Assembly: GCF_004010195.1 (NCBI RefSeq)
Contig: NC_057728.1
Location: 53,991,313-54,039,658, forward strand
DNA from: Chiloscyllium plagiosum
Taxonomy: Eukaryota
Reading direction: 5' to 3'
DNA: 48,346 nt
The notes under the pieces are model-generated. The model was given only the letters and a program-made list of their open reading frames with translations, had not been told where the DNA came from and did not search any database. Below, in pieces: positions 1-12,357 of this stretch. The position numbers and the translations under genes were made by a program. The stretch's first letter is position 1. Each line of letters opens with the position of its first letter.

Positions 1-213
1 TCACCCATTGTACTCTATGCTACTTTCTCCCCACCCCCACCCTCCTCTCACTTATCTCTCCACGCTTCAGGCTCACTGCCTCTATTCCTGATGAAGGGCT
101 TTTGCCCGAAACTTCGATTTCGCTGCTCCTTGGATGCTGCCTGAACTGCTGTGCTCTTCCAGCACCACTAATCCAGAATTTGGTTTCCAGCATCTGCAGT
201 CATTGTTTTTACC
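1..213 (+). mobile_element. PLE 3' end / pseudo-LTR (family A variant) with hammerhead motif
   Basis: Pyrimidine-rich 3' region, then CTGATGA-AGGGC-TTTT-GCCC-GAAAC (88-112), then GGATGCTGCCTGA..TCCAGCACCAC..CAGCATCTGCAGTC. The same block follows the GIY-YIG ORF at 42547-42667. Confidence 0.85.
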
Positions 214-380
214 ACCTTGAGTTTGTCCAAGTCTATCTCTTAATTTTAAGAACTCATTTGTGTTGGTGCACAGTGAAAACAGATTGGGATCCAGAGAGAT
301 GATCTTCTTTGGCTCATCTGAAGATTTTTGAGTTCCTCTTTCTGAAACTGTGTGACAAGTTGCCACATGACAGTATTACA

Positions 381-513
381 AGGTGAAAGTGGGTACTGTA
401 GATGCTGGAGATTAGAGTTAAGTTTAGAGTAGTGCTGGAAAAGCATAGCAGGTCAGGCAGCATCCGAGGAGCAGGAAAATTGATGTTTCGGGCCAAAGCC
501 CTTCTTCAGAAAT
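381..513 (-). mobile_element. Solo PLE pseudo-LTR (family A) with decayed hammerhead
   Basis: Minus strand reads CTGAAGA-AGGGC-TTTG-GCCC-GAAACATC. Flanked by imperfect TSD GTATTA(C/G)AAGG. Confidence 0.8.
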
Positions 514-539
514 GTATTAGAAGGCCTGCCCATTGGGAA

Positions 540-725
540 AGATAAAGTTGCCATAGTCCTACCGGACCATAGCACAGCTCTCTCAATAGAAAGAGACACA
601 GGTGGTGGTTTAACCTGGGGATCACTGTGCCTGAAGTGAGGAGAGATGTTGACAACCTTCACCAACGCTGAATGCACGCAGTTAGAGTTACTCTGCATTA
701 CAAACCAGCCATCCAGCTAACAGAG
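540..725 (-). mobile_element. Old tRNA-derived SINE
   Basis: Reverse-complement similarity to 15625-15815 (CTCTCTC..GAGAGAGCTG..GGACTATG..ACTTTATC tail). Confidence 0.55.
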
Positions 726-1399
726 CCCCCTATTAAGAACAAGGCACATGAAAGGCACATTTATATTTGAGGATGTATGTAGGTCACTTTTCCATTGTCA
801 AGGATTTGCTTTCAATTCCCAAGTGTAACCTGGATTCTATGAAGTTATCCAGGACAGCACTAGAACAGTGAAATCTGACTGATTAGCAGCCACCCTCCAA
901 TTGATGAATCTTATCTAGACAATGGCGGCCATATTTATCAGCAAATGTCTGAATCATACAGTATGTAGGGTTTGTTGCTCCTTATAGACCATACTCAACC
1001 AGCCCACTTGCAAAACTCAAAACAAAATTTCTGCTGTTAGATGTCATTCTGCAAATGGACAATACTTACCGAACCATCCTAAGTGTGTTATCTGTGACAC
1101 TGACATCGAATTCACAAGTCAGTGCTCATTTATGCTCACTACAGCTGCCATATATTCAGATGGAGGGACCTGAAACAAAAGGAATATCTTCAATAGATGT
1201 TAAATTTGAATTACCTGGAATCTTGGCATCATGGAGTCATTATGGCACAGACGGAGGCTGTTCAGTCCAGCAAGTCCTTAGTAGTTGCTCCCTGGAAAAT
1301 GGGGAGCCAAACAAATTTAAGATTCAATTTTGATTCTGCAGAGTTTGTCCCAGAATTCTTGTCAAATGAGTCAGGGCTTCGGTGGGGAGAATGCCAGAT

Positions 1400-1740
1400 G
1401 ACTTTATCAAGGTCTTAAAGAGCCTGACAGGGTGGATACTGAGAGATTGTTTTCTCCTGGATGAAGAATCTAAAACCAGAGGACATAACATCTGCTCGAA
1501 AGATTGAACATTTAAGCTTGAGATGAAGAAAGCTCTCTCCCCTTGGAGAGTTGTAAATAATTGAAATTCCCCTGCCTAGAGAATTATGGATGGCATCCTT
1601 TGAACATATTCAAAGCAGAGATCACCAAAGTAATTAATGGATAGTGGGTTTGGACAGGAAGGTGGTCTTATTTTGGCAAACGTGCCACTGTTTTGAACGG
1701 CAGTATAAAGCAGGGGGTAATCTTCCTGTTGTTCCTATTA
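1400..1740 (+). mobile_element. Degenerate CR1 LINE 3' fragment
   Basis: GAATCTAAAACCAGAGGACATAA..GAGATGAAGAAA matches the ESRTRGH region of CR1 ORF2 seen in other copies. Confidence 0.7.
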
Positions 1741-1758
1741 CTTACTTAGATTCTTTAG

Positions 1759-2029
1759 CTCTCAGCAATGTGTTCAGCAGAAGGCCGGCAGGGAAATGAA
1801 TGGAGTTGGCAACGTAGGAAGCAAGCAACAAAGTGAAGGTCTGTCACTGTCAAATAGAGCAGAGGCCAGTGGATGGGAACCAGCAGGAACAGATGAGACC
1901 TATCTCAGTGCACAGAGAAATACAATCAGCAACTCTAAACATGCAGGAGTAGACAGGAACAATAGAACAGAGACAACCCAGCAGACAATTCCATCTCTGT
2001 CAGTGACAGTGAGGGTGCCTGAAAGATAA
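1759..2029 (+). CDS. Candidate terminal coding exon, unidentified
   Basis: TTCTTTAG acceptor at 1751-1758, then an open frame SQQCVQQKAGREMNGVG..SLSVTVRVPER* in non-repetitive, purine-rich sequence. No homology recognised. Confidence 0.25.
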
Positions 2030-2429
2030 AGAGGTAATCATCCATCGGTTCAGGACTACCTCAGCAGGACCATGGTTAATATAATTGGTTCTGATAGTGT
2101 TGGAAATGAAGCCTGAAGCCTCTGTTTTCATTTGAGTGTTTAAATTCCGTTACCTCTACTATAATAACAGGAAATAACCAGGGGAGTAAACATTGCAACT
2201 TAACACAGGGTAGGCAGAAACAGGAAGCAACATATGTCAAAATATTTCCCAGCACTTCCAGTCTCTTTGTAACTGGCTCGACAATTAAATGCTTTCCCCT
2301 TTACAGTTTCCACCATCCACTTTCAACACCCTCCAAAAATGGACAAATTCAGCAGTACAAAGAACACCAATTTGCATTTGTGTAGCACCTTTAACCCATA
2401 CTGCCACAAGGATCAGTGTTATTTTCTAT

Positions 2430-3390
2430 CTGCATTAATGACCTGGGGGAGAGGGGTGCAGAGTGTAATGCAGCCACCTTTGCTGACAATGCGAAAATAA
2501 GTGGCTGAGCGTGTTGTGATGAAGTCATGTGGAATCTTCAAGGGGATATAGATACGTTGAGTGAGTGAGCAAAATGCGAGCAGGTTAAGTTTAAAGCAGA
2601 AAAGTGTAAGGTTGTGCATTTTGGTAAGAATCAATAGCAGACTATTATTTAAATGAAGAGAGACACCAAAAAAGTGCAGTGTAGAGGGATCTGACTGTTA
2701 TTGCGCGAGAAACACAAAAGGTTAACATTTATGTATAACAAATAATTAAGGAGACAAAAAGAATTTTGGCCTTTATTGCTAGAAGAATTCAAGTTTAAAA
2801 ATAGGGAACACTTGTTACAAATGTATTGGGCATTACTGAGGCCGCACCTAGAGTATGGTGCATAGTTTTGGTCTCCTTAGTTAAAAATGGATGTGCTGGC
2901 AGTGGGGACTGTTTGAAGGAAATTCACTCAGCTCATTCTTGGGATGAAAGAGTTGACTTATCAAGAACAGCTGAACAGGTTAGACCTCTGTTCATTAGAG
3001 TTTAAAAGACTGAGGGGTGAGCTTATTGAAACATACAAGTTCTGATGGAGTGTAATAAAGTAGGGGTTGTGGAGATGTTACCACTCGTGGGGGAATCTCA
3101 AACCAGAGGACATAATCGCAGAATTAATGGACACTCAATTAAAACTGAGATGTGAAGGAATTTCATTCTCCATTAGGTAGTGAATGCCTTGAATTGTCTA
3201 CTCCAGAAAGCTGTGGAGGTTAGATCGCTGCAAGTAATTCAAGAGGCGGCACATAAATTTCTGAAATATCAAGAGAGGGGGGGCTATGCTGAGCATAAAA
3301 TGGGAGTAGAGGCCTAGAGTAGATCTTGATGAATGGGGGGAGGGGGGGGAACAGACTTGAAGGGCCAAATGACTTACTCTTATTCCTTAG
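2430..3390 (+). mobile_element. CR1 LINE, RT C-terminal half and 3' end, degenerate
   Basis: TTTGCTGACAAT (FADD-like), AGGCCGCACCTAGAGTAT (RPHLEY), GAATCTCAAACCAGAGGACAT motifs, with stops and frameshifts. Confidence 0.85.
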
Positions 3391-3409
3391 ATTCTTAATC
3401 TAGGAGAAC

Positions 3410-3790
3410 GTTGCAAAGCATCTGCAGAGATAGGAGGGTGCATAGCTACTTCAAAGTAGAAAGAGAGAAGGTATGGAATGGATAGGATGCCCTGTCAACA
3501 GTTTGCTGGCTGATTGTGTTGACAAATTTATGACTGAGGTGGACAAGAGCATTGCCCCAGAGGTTAATAGATTGTGGGGGGATGGGGGAGAGGTGAAGGG
3601 GACCAGCGTTGATGCAGCAATGAGCCAAACATGTCCAAATCAAAGGGGAACATTGGATGGATCTTCTGTCCTTATGCATGTAGGGGGGTGGAGCTTAACC
3701 CATTTAGGAGGGTCTATAAAGGAAGACTTGATGAGTTGCTGCAGTGCTTCCTGTAGATGTGTCAGAGGGAGTGGATGTTTAAGCCGATGA
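3410..3790 (-). mobile_element. Probable old L2 LINE fragment
   Basis: Reverse complement resembles the L2-type pieces at 22760-23320. Confidence 0.4.
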
Positions 3791-4817
3791 TAGTAACTCC
3801 CGAATGAGGCTTCACTTCTTCTATATGAGGTCCCTCAGGAGATTTTTATTGGAGATGCTAAAAAGGGAAATGTTGCAACCCTAGGACAGCTGTTTTTTAC
3901 ATCTTTAGATGAGTTTGTCGTTTTATTGTTTTCTGATCATAATCTTGTCATCTAAACTAAAGGACCAAAATATCAGTAAAATTAACCACAGTTAACAACT
4001 TCAGCTAATTTTGTGGCTGTGGTATTAATTGAACACATAACTATTCCATTTCCTTTGTTTCCATGTACAGTCACACACAGGTGGAGAACTGACTATAATA
4101 GCATAGCTGTAAATATTTTTTAAGCCTCACCCAGCAACAGGGAATTATTAGCCATTCTTTAGTAAGCTGAAAAGGAGCTCATGTTGTGCCGTCCTGCCCA
4201 TTAACCCCAGCCAAGTCATATCCTCACTGGTTATCCCAGTATGTATGCGTGTAAAATGTACAGGCATTTTGCCACATAACAATTTGAGGCTGGGTGATAA
4301 TGGTCACGTGTTCAACAAAGGAAAAACTTTGGAATGACTCCATTTGGAACCAGTCAATGGAGAAAATGAAAATGAAAACAACTGAGACCTGTGGAAACAG
4401 CCCTGACTGAGGGCACGCTGCCACAAACTCCAGTTTGTCCGCTCTTGGACTGACTGGATTCCTTAAACTTTGCTTTTTTGGCACCATTTCCAATATTCTG
4501 AGATGAAGGCTTCGCCCTTGAGCTAAATGGACCTGTCCATTTGCCATCGCGGCAGAGGATTAGGGTTAAATATTGGTCTGGGCCTAGTTATGTGGCCTGG
4601 ACAAAATGACATGTAGCCAAGTTAAGAATCCGGAGAACCAATAGCAATTGGTTTCCAGGTCTCATCCATATTGTGGTGTAATGAGGTCCAAGTAAATCAT
4701 AATGTTGTAAGGAATCATGGAAGGCACCAAGTCAAGAATGAGCATGTGAAGTGAAAAATCTTAGACACTACACTCTTGAGGAATACTTGAAAATCTACTG
4801 TGTACAGATGCAAATAA

Positions 4818-4986
4818 TGACTTGGAGATGCCGGTGTTGGACTGCGGTGTACAGAGTTAAAAATCACACAATATCAGGTTAAAGTCCAACAGGTTTGTTT
4901 GGAGGCACTAGCTTTTGGAGCACTGCTCCTTCAAGGAGCAGGGCTCCGAAAGCTAGTGCTTCCAAATAAACCAGTTGGACTATAGC
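4818..4986. mobile_element. Palindromic non-autonomous PLE (family C)
   Basis: 13-bp TSD CAGATGCAAATAA (4805-4817, 4987-4999). Inverted arms meet at CTCCTTCAAGGAGC. The right arm keeps helix II and GAAAGCTAGTG of the hammerhead. Confidence 0.85.
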
Positions 4987-5176
4987 CAGATGCAAATAAA
5001 ACAGTCTTTTCACATGGAAGCTGTAAAAGAGCCTCATTTAGTGATGAGGAGCAAGCAACCCCAGGGACAGTGTAAGTGCAGATACCCATGGCACAGAAAT
5101 GCTCCAGACTAGAAGCTCAATGAGCAAGTCCCTGCAGTAGCTTAAAGCGCATGATAAAGTACACATATAGCTTACC

Positions 5177-5251
5177 CAGGACAAGGACTTAAATACTGAC
5201 CCTCAGGAAGGGGTTGTTCATGTGAACCACATGGGCAGGGAGGAACACCAG
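5177..5251 (-). other. Candidate internal exon (minus strand)
   Basis: TTTCTTTGATGGTATTTCATACAG acceptor, with donors GG|GTCAGT and GG|GTAAGC. Open frames LVFLPAHVVHMNNPFLR or GVPPCPCGSHEQPLPEGQYLSPCP. Confidence 0.25.
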
Positions 5252-5499
5252 CTGTATGAAATACCATCAAAGAAATAACATTTCAATAACTACCTTCAGT
5301 GGAGGAACAACAGGGTTCCCGAAGCTTCTAGTGAATCACTAAGTAGTTTAAAATGCACTGGCAATTATAGTAACTTTTCACATCTGTCTGTGTGAGTGAG
5401 TATGAACAATCCTAGGCCACCATTTGTGTCCCCAGCGTTCTGGTCAAGAATCATCCTCCAGTTAAAGCATCACACCCAAAAAAATAGCAAGCAACATCA

Positions 5500-5640
5500 T
5501 CACAATGCTGGTCATCGGAACTTGCTGTGCACAAATTGGCTGCTGCTTTTCTTACATGACAGCAGCAGCTAAATTTCCACGATACTACGTCGCCTGGAAT
5601 TGCTTTGAGATGATCGGAGGTTGTGAGAAAGTGCTACATA
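5500..5640 (+). mobile_element. DeuSINE 3' fragment
   Basis: CTTGCTGTGCACAAATTGGCTGC..GCTTTGAGATG resembles the AmnSINE1/SacSINE1 3' region. Confidence 0.6.
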
Positions 5641-5716
5641 CCCAGTCCTTGAGTTCCATTCTTGAGTCTGTTCACAGTTAATTTATATCCAAGTCTGAAC
5701 ACAATACAGGACAACA

Positions 5717-5960
5717 TAGATTAGATTAGATTACTTACGGTGTGGAAACAGGCCCTTTGGCCCAACAAGTTCACACCGACCCTCTGAAGAGTAACCCACC
5801 TGGACCCATTCCCCTACATTTACCCCTTCATCTAACACTATGGGCAATTTAGCAATGAGAATGTGCAAACTCCACACAGTCAGTTGCCCAAGGCAGGACT
5901 TGAACCCAGGTCTCTGGCGCTGTGAGGCAGCAGTGCTAACCACTGTGCCACCGTGCCACC
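5717..5960 (-). mobile_element. HE1-type V-SINE (internally deleted)
   Basis: tRNA-like head GGCACGGTGGCACAGTGGTTAGCACTGCTGCCTCACAGC, TGTGTGGAGTTTGCACATTC core, (TCTAA)n tail. Confidence 0.9.
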
Positions 5961-7309
5961 CAGTAAAGTCACCATCTGTAAGTACAGGAAATGTGCAAAT
6001 GTCGGGGATCTTGAAAATGACACCCTGTAAATACGTTCTTAAGTTGAATGTTTATAAATCAAGGACCCCCTGTATAATGCAGCTGACCTTTCAAGAACCT
6101 TTTGTGTAGCCCTCTCTCCTCCATGAGAGCTACAGGTCCCTCAATGTGTTACTTTATTTGCCTTACTTGACTATTTTTCGTGCATCTTGTTTCACATGAA
6201 TAACTTATACCAGGGTGACATCATGGACTTGCAATATTGTTGGCATGACAACCCGTTAGCTGAATTCTGATCCACTGAAAGGGAGGGGGACGGAGGCCAA
6301 GAGATGCAGGGTGAGTGTGTGCTGTAATGATAAGATGGAATATAGCATCAGTTCACATTTCACCATGCTGGGCTGTTCAACTATTTATAAGGTGAATGAT
6401 TAGAAATTTCCACTGCTACAGCTGACACACCTGGCTTTACCTAGCAACTGCTCAAACAAAAAAAAAAGGCTGGCAAAGTCAACTGGGAATGGAAGAACAA
6501 GCAACTGTGTTTAGGTTTCATCTTGGGAAACCATCATGGAAAATAAAGAAACAGGGGGAAACGATATCATTTGTTGTTCTGCAATCGATGGCCCTGTTGA
6601 ATTGATCATTCGACACATTATTGAGGTTCCACTTTTCAAATGCAGTTGTTGACGAAATGGTTGGGGCGGTAAAATGTGGTGAATCCCGTTTGGCAGAAGG
6701 TTGAGCTAGATGCTGAGGGCAACTTTCAAACCACTACCTTAAATGGCTGCACTCGAGGTTCTGAATTAATGGGTTGAGGAGAAAGTTGGGAGGGCTGGAT
6801 ATGCAATTTCTCACATCACAAAGCATAACTGTCTGACTCTAACATCAGAAATATGCAAAACTGATTGATTGAATTAATTTGCTGACAAACCATCCACAGC
6901 AGGGACTTTGGCCCAATTCTTGCTACATTTAAACCCTTTGCCCTAGACACCCTTGTTTTTCCCTGGAACCCTGACTAACTGAGTCCAGTGTGGGCTTTTA
7001 AGTCACATTGACTTGGTCTCCCCCTTTCTGCTCTGTGCGTCTAAATGCTTAGTAATGAATTGTTTCTAACCCTCTTTCCTCATTAAATCTTCATGCCAAA
7101 ACCCTGTTGAGAGGAGCAACTTGAAATTATATCCAGGTTAAAATGAGCATGGATTGAAACATTATACACACATGTGAGGCACCATTGCACCAAGCTGCCT
7201 GAAAAAGACAATAATCTTGGGCAGTCTTTCATTGCAATATAGAACCTATAGTGATAATACATTAAAAAGTAGTGAATGTTAAAATTGCAAAACACAGAGT
7301 AATTTATTT

Positions 7310-7510
7310 TAAAACTCATTCATGGGATGTGGTTTGGCCAGCATTAATTGCCTGAGGGCAGTTAAGAGTCAACCATATTGCTGTGGGTCTGGAGTCACAA
7401 ATAGGTCAGATCAGGTAAGTGTGGCAGATTTCCTTCCCTAAAGAATATTAGTAAACCAGGTGGGTTTTCTGTGCAATAGACAGTAGTTGTATGATCACCA
7501 TTAGTCTAAC
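7310..7510 (-). mobile_element. tRNA-derived SINE with LINE-like tail
   Basis: Reverse complement of the family at 27500-27830 (CCCACCTGGTTTACTAAT..TTTAGGGAAGGAAATCTGCC). Confidence 0.75.
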
Positions 7511-8034
7511 ACCATAACTGTTTTACCTCCTATTTGTACACAGTTATATAAAATTGGACAGAATGGACAGCACAGAACAGGCTATTCAGCCCAGCATGAC
7601 CTATCCTAACATTTGTGCTTTACGCTAGCATCTTCACATCCTTCTTCCTTTCAGACAACAGCCTAACCTTGAACTCAAGCTCATAGGCCTAGAGGGATTC
7701 CCCTTAAAGGTACCGATGTTACATTCCTCAACTACTCCATATGACAACAAGGTCCACATTCCAATGACAGTGATGTTCCAGTGTTTGCAGGGATGTATTC
7801 CCAGAGAACATCCTGATTGTTGGTTTTCAAAAACAGTGAACATGACAGACTGTGCATGAGCGGTGTGTCATTTCGCTCCAGGGAAAAAAGTTTTTTGGTT
7901 TTTCTTTAGAACTGGAGAGAAGCAGCAATTCTCAGTCAGTGGGAGGTTGCATGGTAAACATTACACTGATTCGCAAATTCCCAAAAAACAAGTCTTTGCT
8001 GTGTTCTCTGGATAAAGTATTCTAAGTCTCACAC

Positions 8035-8247
8035 AATGCTGACTTGGAAATATATCACTGTTCTCATATTTCACTGGGTCTAAGTCCTGGAACGCCCTCC
8101 CCAACAGCATGGTGGGTCTACTACAGCATATGAACAGATGTGGTTCAAGAAGTCAGCTCGCCACCACTCTCTCAAGGGCAGTTGGGGAGGGAGGAATAAA
8201 TATTGGCATAGCCAGTGATGCCCACATCCCGTGAATGAATGAAAAAA
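8035..8247 (+). mobile_element. LINE (CR1/L2 clade) 3' tail
   Basis: TCCTGGAACGCCCTCCC..TTCAAGAAG..CACCAC..GCCCACATCCCGTGAATGAATGAAAAAA. This tail is shared with the SINE family at 27500-27830. Confidence 0.75.
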
Positions 8248-9109
8248 CTTCTCCGAAATTCCCTGTTCTATTTATTCATGACAATTTGGACAATCCAGGC
8301 TCCCTGATCTACATACCCCATAAAAGCAGAACAGAAGGATCAATTCGGAGGCGGGGGGCTTGTTCACAACAAGTGTGCTGATAAAGTTTTACCAGTGGTC
8401 AGAGTGTCAGCCTGCTGCCTGGTCTGCTTGCAGAGAGGTGACTTCTGGGATTGAGAAGACTGCCAGAGACAAGTGGCCATTCAAGCCAATTGAATGTTGA
8501 GTTGATAGCACTCGCCTAGATTCTGTAGATGGTGATGGATTCCCCCACTAGCATCCCCCGCCCCTGATGGAAGGGGTAGTTGGTAAGATGGTAGTCTCTT
8601 GGTGGCAAAGCAGAAGGTTGGGAGAAGAAAGGCAGGAATCAGTAGGTGGTCCATAATGCAAAGCTGCGCAATGTATGTGATCTGGCAGCAAGGACCACAG
8701 CCAAAGCTGCAGGTTGTCCTTAGGAGATGCTGCCCCTCTGCAATGGAGGCCTGGGCAGCAGCAGGCACAATGCTCTTAGTTGACTGTTGAACTCTTCAGA
8801 GGGCAGACCCTGGTGGGGCTTCCCTTTGATTGATCTGACCACATTAAAAGGTCGGCCAGTTCAGAAGTTATTGCCTCCAGGAATATTGCATCAGGGCACA
8901 GTACTTTGGCCTCAGGACCTCCACTTGATCCGAATATCAGGGCCTAGATAACCATGGAGAAAGTCCGACCATAATCCCATATATATCCTCTAAAAACCCT
9001 CCATTATTTTAAAGAGCCCCTACAGGTCAGCCCTTAATTCTCTTTATTAGGGCCTCTGACTTTAATGTTTCTTAATATTTGAATACCAGCCTAGCCAGCA
9101 ACACACACA

Positions 9110-9730
9110 GAGTCATACAGTCATAGAGATGTACAGCATGGGAAACAGACCCTTTGGTCCAACACGTCCGTGCCAACCAGCTACCCTAACCTAATCTAGT
9201 TCCATTTGCCAGCACTCGGCCCATATCCCACTAAACCGTTCCTATTCATATACCATCCAGATGCCTTTTAAATGCTGTAATTGTACAAGCCTCCACCACT
9301 TCCTCTGGCAGCTCATTCCATACACGCACCATCTTCAGAGTGAAAAAGTTGCTCCTTAGGTTCCTTTCATATCTTTCCCCTCTCACCCTAAACCAATGCC
9401 CTCTAGTTCTGGACTCCCCCACTCCAGGGAAAAGACCTTGTCTATTTATCCTATCCATGCCCCTCATGATTTTGTAAACTTCTGTAAGGTCACCCCTCTG
9501 CTTCCAACGCTCCAGGGAAAACAACCCCAGCCTATTCAGCCTCTCCCTGTAGCTCAAATCCTCCAACCCCGGCAACATCCTTGTAAATCTTTTCTGAACC
9601 CTTTCAAGTTTCACAACATCCTTCCGATAGGAGGGAGACCAGAATTGCATGCAATATTCCAAAAGTGCCCAAATCAATGTCCTGTCCAGCCACAACATGA
9701 CCTCCCAACTCCTGTACTCAATGCTCTGAC
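9110..9730 (-). mobile_element. HER1/CR1 LINE 3' end, relatively young
   Basis: ORF 9246-9734 contains LEYCMQFWSPSYRKDVVKLERVQKRFTRMLPGL..ESRTRGH..FKRHLD. (CTATGACT)n-type tail at about 9110-9130. Confidence 0.95.
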
Positions 9731-10049
9731 CCATCTTTCATGGGTGTCATCTTAAAGGTGCTTGAATGACGTGGACTACAGCGAGAACTGTGACAGAATT
9801 GTGAGAAGATTCCAAAGACCTCAATGTCCACAGAATGTAGCTGCAACATTTAACTAAGTACCCAACACTGAGGCAAGATTCTCACTAGGCAGTAGCAAGT
9901 TGCCTATTATGGGGGATTATTGTTTGTTAACTATCTTATTAACTACATATCCTGAAGGTCATGTTGTGGCCTCCTTGCATCCTCCTCAGAGCTCTCAATC
10001 CTGTCCAGTTTTGTATTGTCAGCAAATTTGGAAATGTATAAGATCCCAC

Positions 10050-10260
10050 ACCACGAAACGATCATTGGTTGTCATTAAAAACCCATCTGTTGCACTAAGG
10101 TGCTTTAGGGAAGGAAATGCAACCAGCCTGGCCTCCATCCGAATCCAGTGTGGTTGATTCTTTACTGTCTATTGAAATGGTCTAGGAAGCCACTCATTTA
10201 AAGGACAATTGGTGAAGGACAACATATGCTGACCTTTCCAGCGAAGCCTGTGAAAAGATT
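10050..10260 (+). mobile_element. tRNA-SINE fragment (27500 family)
   Basis: AAAACCCATCTG..TTTAGGGAAGGAAAT core. Confidence 0.65.
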
Positions 10261-10744
10261 GGAAAATATTTCCTTAGCTTTTAGCTGACAAAGAGAAAAT
10301 TGAGAAAGCACAACCTCTGGAAAGGTGCAGTGAGAATTTGCTATTCAGTGGAAATGTGTGGACTCAATGGGCCCAATGGCCTACTTCCACACTGTCGAGA
10401 TTCTATGATTCTTCAAGCTGAATATTCATCAGAAATGTATCCATATTAGTTATAACAGGAGACGGAAATGAGAGAAGGATGATGGTGAACCAACGTCATT
10501 TCAAAATTATTGCTGCTGGTTAGGTTATTTAAACATTCCCATCAGCTAAAATAAATCCACAATGTTCTCAAGTGCGTCATCACAGTTTGATTTCAAAATC
10601 TTATTTAAATCTTTATTCATGTTCCATTGTTACTTCTTTGTCCCCAAATAGTTTCTTGTCAGAGTGCTATAAATAGTTTCAGCAACGTGGGCTTGGAGTC
10701 AATGTCCCTGCTCCTGATCATTTTCCAATAATGCCAGTTTGGGC

Positions 10745-11520
10745 AGTGAGAGTGAGAGAATGTGTGTGTGAGAATTTGTCTGTTTCAAATAATTAATTAT
10801 GTTTGTGAGTACATGTGAGTGACAGTTCATGTGTGAGAATGAGTGAATGTAGGAGTGTGTGTGATTGGGCGCGTTTCAATGTATGTGCAAAAGTCAGTGT
10901 GTTCATATGTGTATGTTTTTAATATGTGTGCTTATAAGTGTATATGTGTGTGTTGGTCTGTGTGTGTTAGTGTGAATTCATGTGTGTTTGTCTATGTTTC
11001 ATGTATAAATGCACCTGAGTGGAAATGTGGGACTGTGTGCCTGAATGTAAGTTGCTTAGATCATTGAGCATGTGCATCTATTAATTTCTGACTGCAATTA
11101 TGTAAGAGCACAAATGTGAGTGTGAGAAAACATGAGTGTGAGTGAGTATGTGTGGGTGTGAATGTTTGTGAGAGTGTATGAATGTGAATGTCAGCATGAG
11201 GGTGTGTGTGTGAATATGAGTATGTGTGAGCATGGGTGTGTGAATGTGATGGAGCATGAGTGAGAGTGAGATGGTGCATGCATGAGTGTGAGAGTGCATG
11301 TGTGAGTGTGTTCATGTGTTAATTTGTGAGTGTGTGAGTGCAAGGGTGGGAGTGCATGAGTGTGGAAGTGAGTATGAGAACGTGAGTGAGTTAGCATGAG
11401 TGTGTGTGTGCAAGTGTATGTGAACAAGTATGTGGATGAGAGAGAGAGAGTGTGTGTCTGTGCGTGTGTGCGCGCGCGTGTGTATGCACGCATGAGAGAG
11501 AGAGTGAATGAGTGTGTGGA
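10745..11520. repeat. Degenerate (GT)/(GA) low-complexity tract
   Basis: About 0.8 kb of TGTG/GTGA/GAGA repeats. It generates the His/Thr-rich spurious ORFs. Confidence 0.9.
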
Positions 11521-12164
11521 TTGGGAAGACAAGATCTAGCTTAGATTCCTTTGCCCTTTCCCTCGGTCCATCCAGTCAGCTTGTCACTTAGGCATGAGAG
11601 GTAATGGCGAGTTACCAGCTAGTTGCTGACACCCAGTAAGTGAGTCAGCATCTCCAGAGTGAGTGGAAGAAAAAAATATATTTTAAAAATAAATAACGAC
11701 ACGTATGCCTTCCTGAAACACAGGCGGAGGGAGAACCCAGGCTGATGTGGACAGTGGGGGTGGGGGAGAGACTGGCCTGAGAAGATCCCTCTTCACAAAT
11801 GTACACGTTGCACTCAGACAGTTATAGAACGGCAGTGATGGCATCAGTGAAGAATTGCATGGGCCAGATGGTGAGAGTCTTCCAGCTAAAGTAGGAGCCA
11901 CTGTAACAGGTGGACACATGAGTGATCCAAGAGGAATGTAAAAATAGAAATGAAAAATAATATTCAATTACTTCAGGAGGTTTTCACACATGTGTAATCA
12001 AGGGTGGTCACAGTTATGAGGATTTCTCTTCTCTCATCTACGTGGTCCAGCTTCTACCCTGTTGCTCCCCCACCCAGACCCCTGAAATGGTGGACACGTC
12101 ACCTTCATGTAGTATGGCTCCTATCAAATTCCTCAAGGACGTGACAGCAAGGTTTCAGGCAAAC

Positions 12165-12355
12165 ACCCTAGTGTGGTACCATGGGAGTGCTGTGCTGTCA
12201 GAGGTGCTGCCTTTCAGATGGGAATTACGCTGAGGCTCGTTGTAAAAGACGAAGGAGCCCTGGGGTTGCCATCTCTAATATCCTGTAATTATCCTTCAAG
12301 CAACATCGCAAAAAACATTAAACACAACCCATTGGTAGCTCATAACAGTCCCCCT
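12165..12355 (+). mobile_element. DeuSINE core fragment
   Basis: GGGAGTGCTG..TGTCAGAGGTGCTGCCTTTCAGATG, similar to 41470-41520. Confidence 0.6.
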
Positions 12356-12357
12356 TA

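Noticed and set aside
1055..1333. ORF with IDVKFELPG resembling adaptor mu subunits
   Set aside because: Similarity is limited to a few residues and the frame runs into a LINE-tail-like repeat.
4224..4547. 107-aa minus ORF
   Set aside because: No recognisable domain, and no convincing splice or promoter context.
8360..8945. GC-richer segment possibly from a DNA transposon (similar at about 43380-43990 and 47860-48130)
   Set aside because: No TIR pair, TSD or transposase motif could be established by eye.
10843..11532. His/Thr- and Val/Cys-rich ORFs (also 30966-31247)
   Set aside because: Translations of (GT)/(CA) low-complexity DNA.
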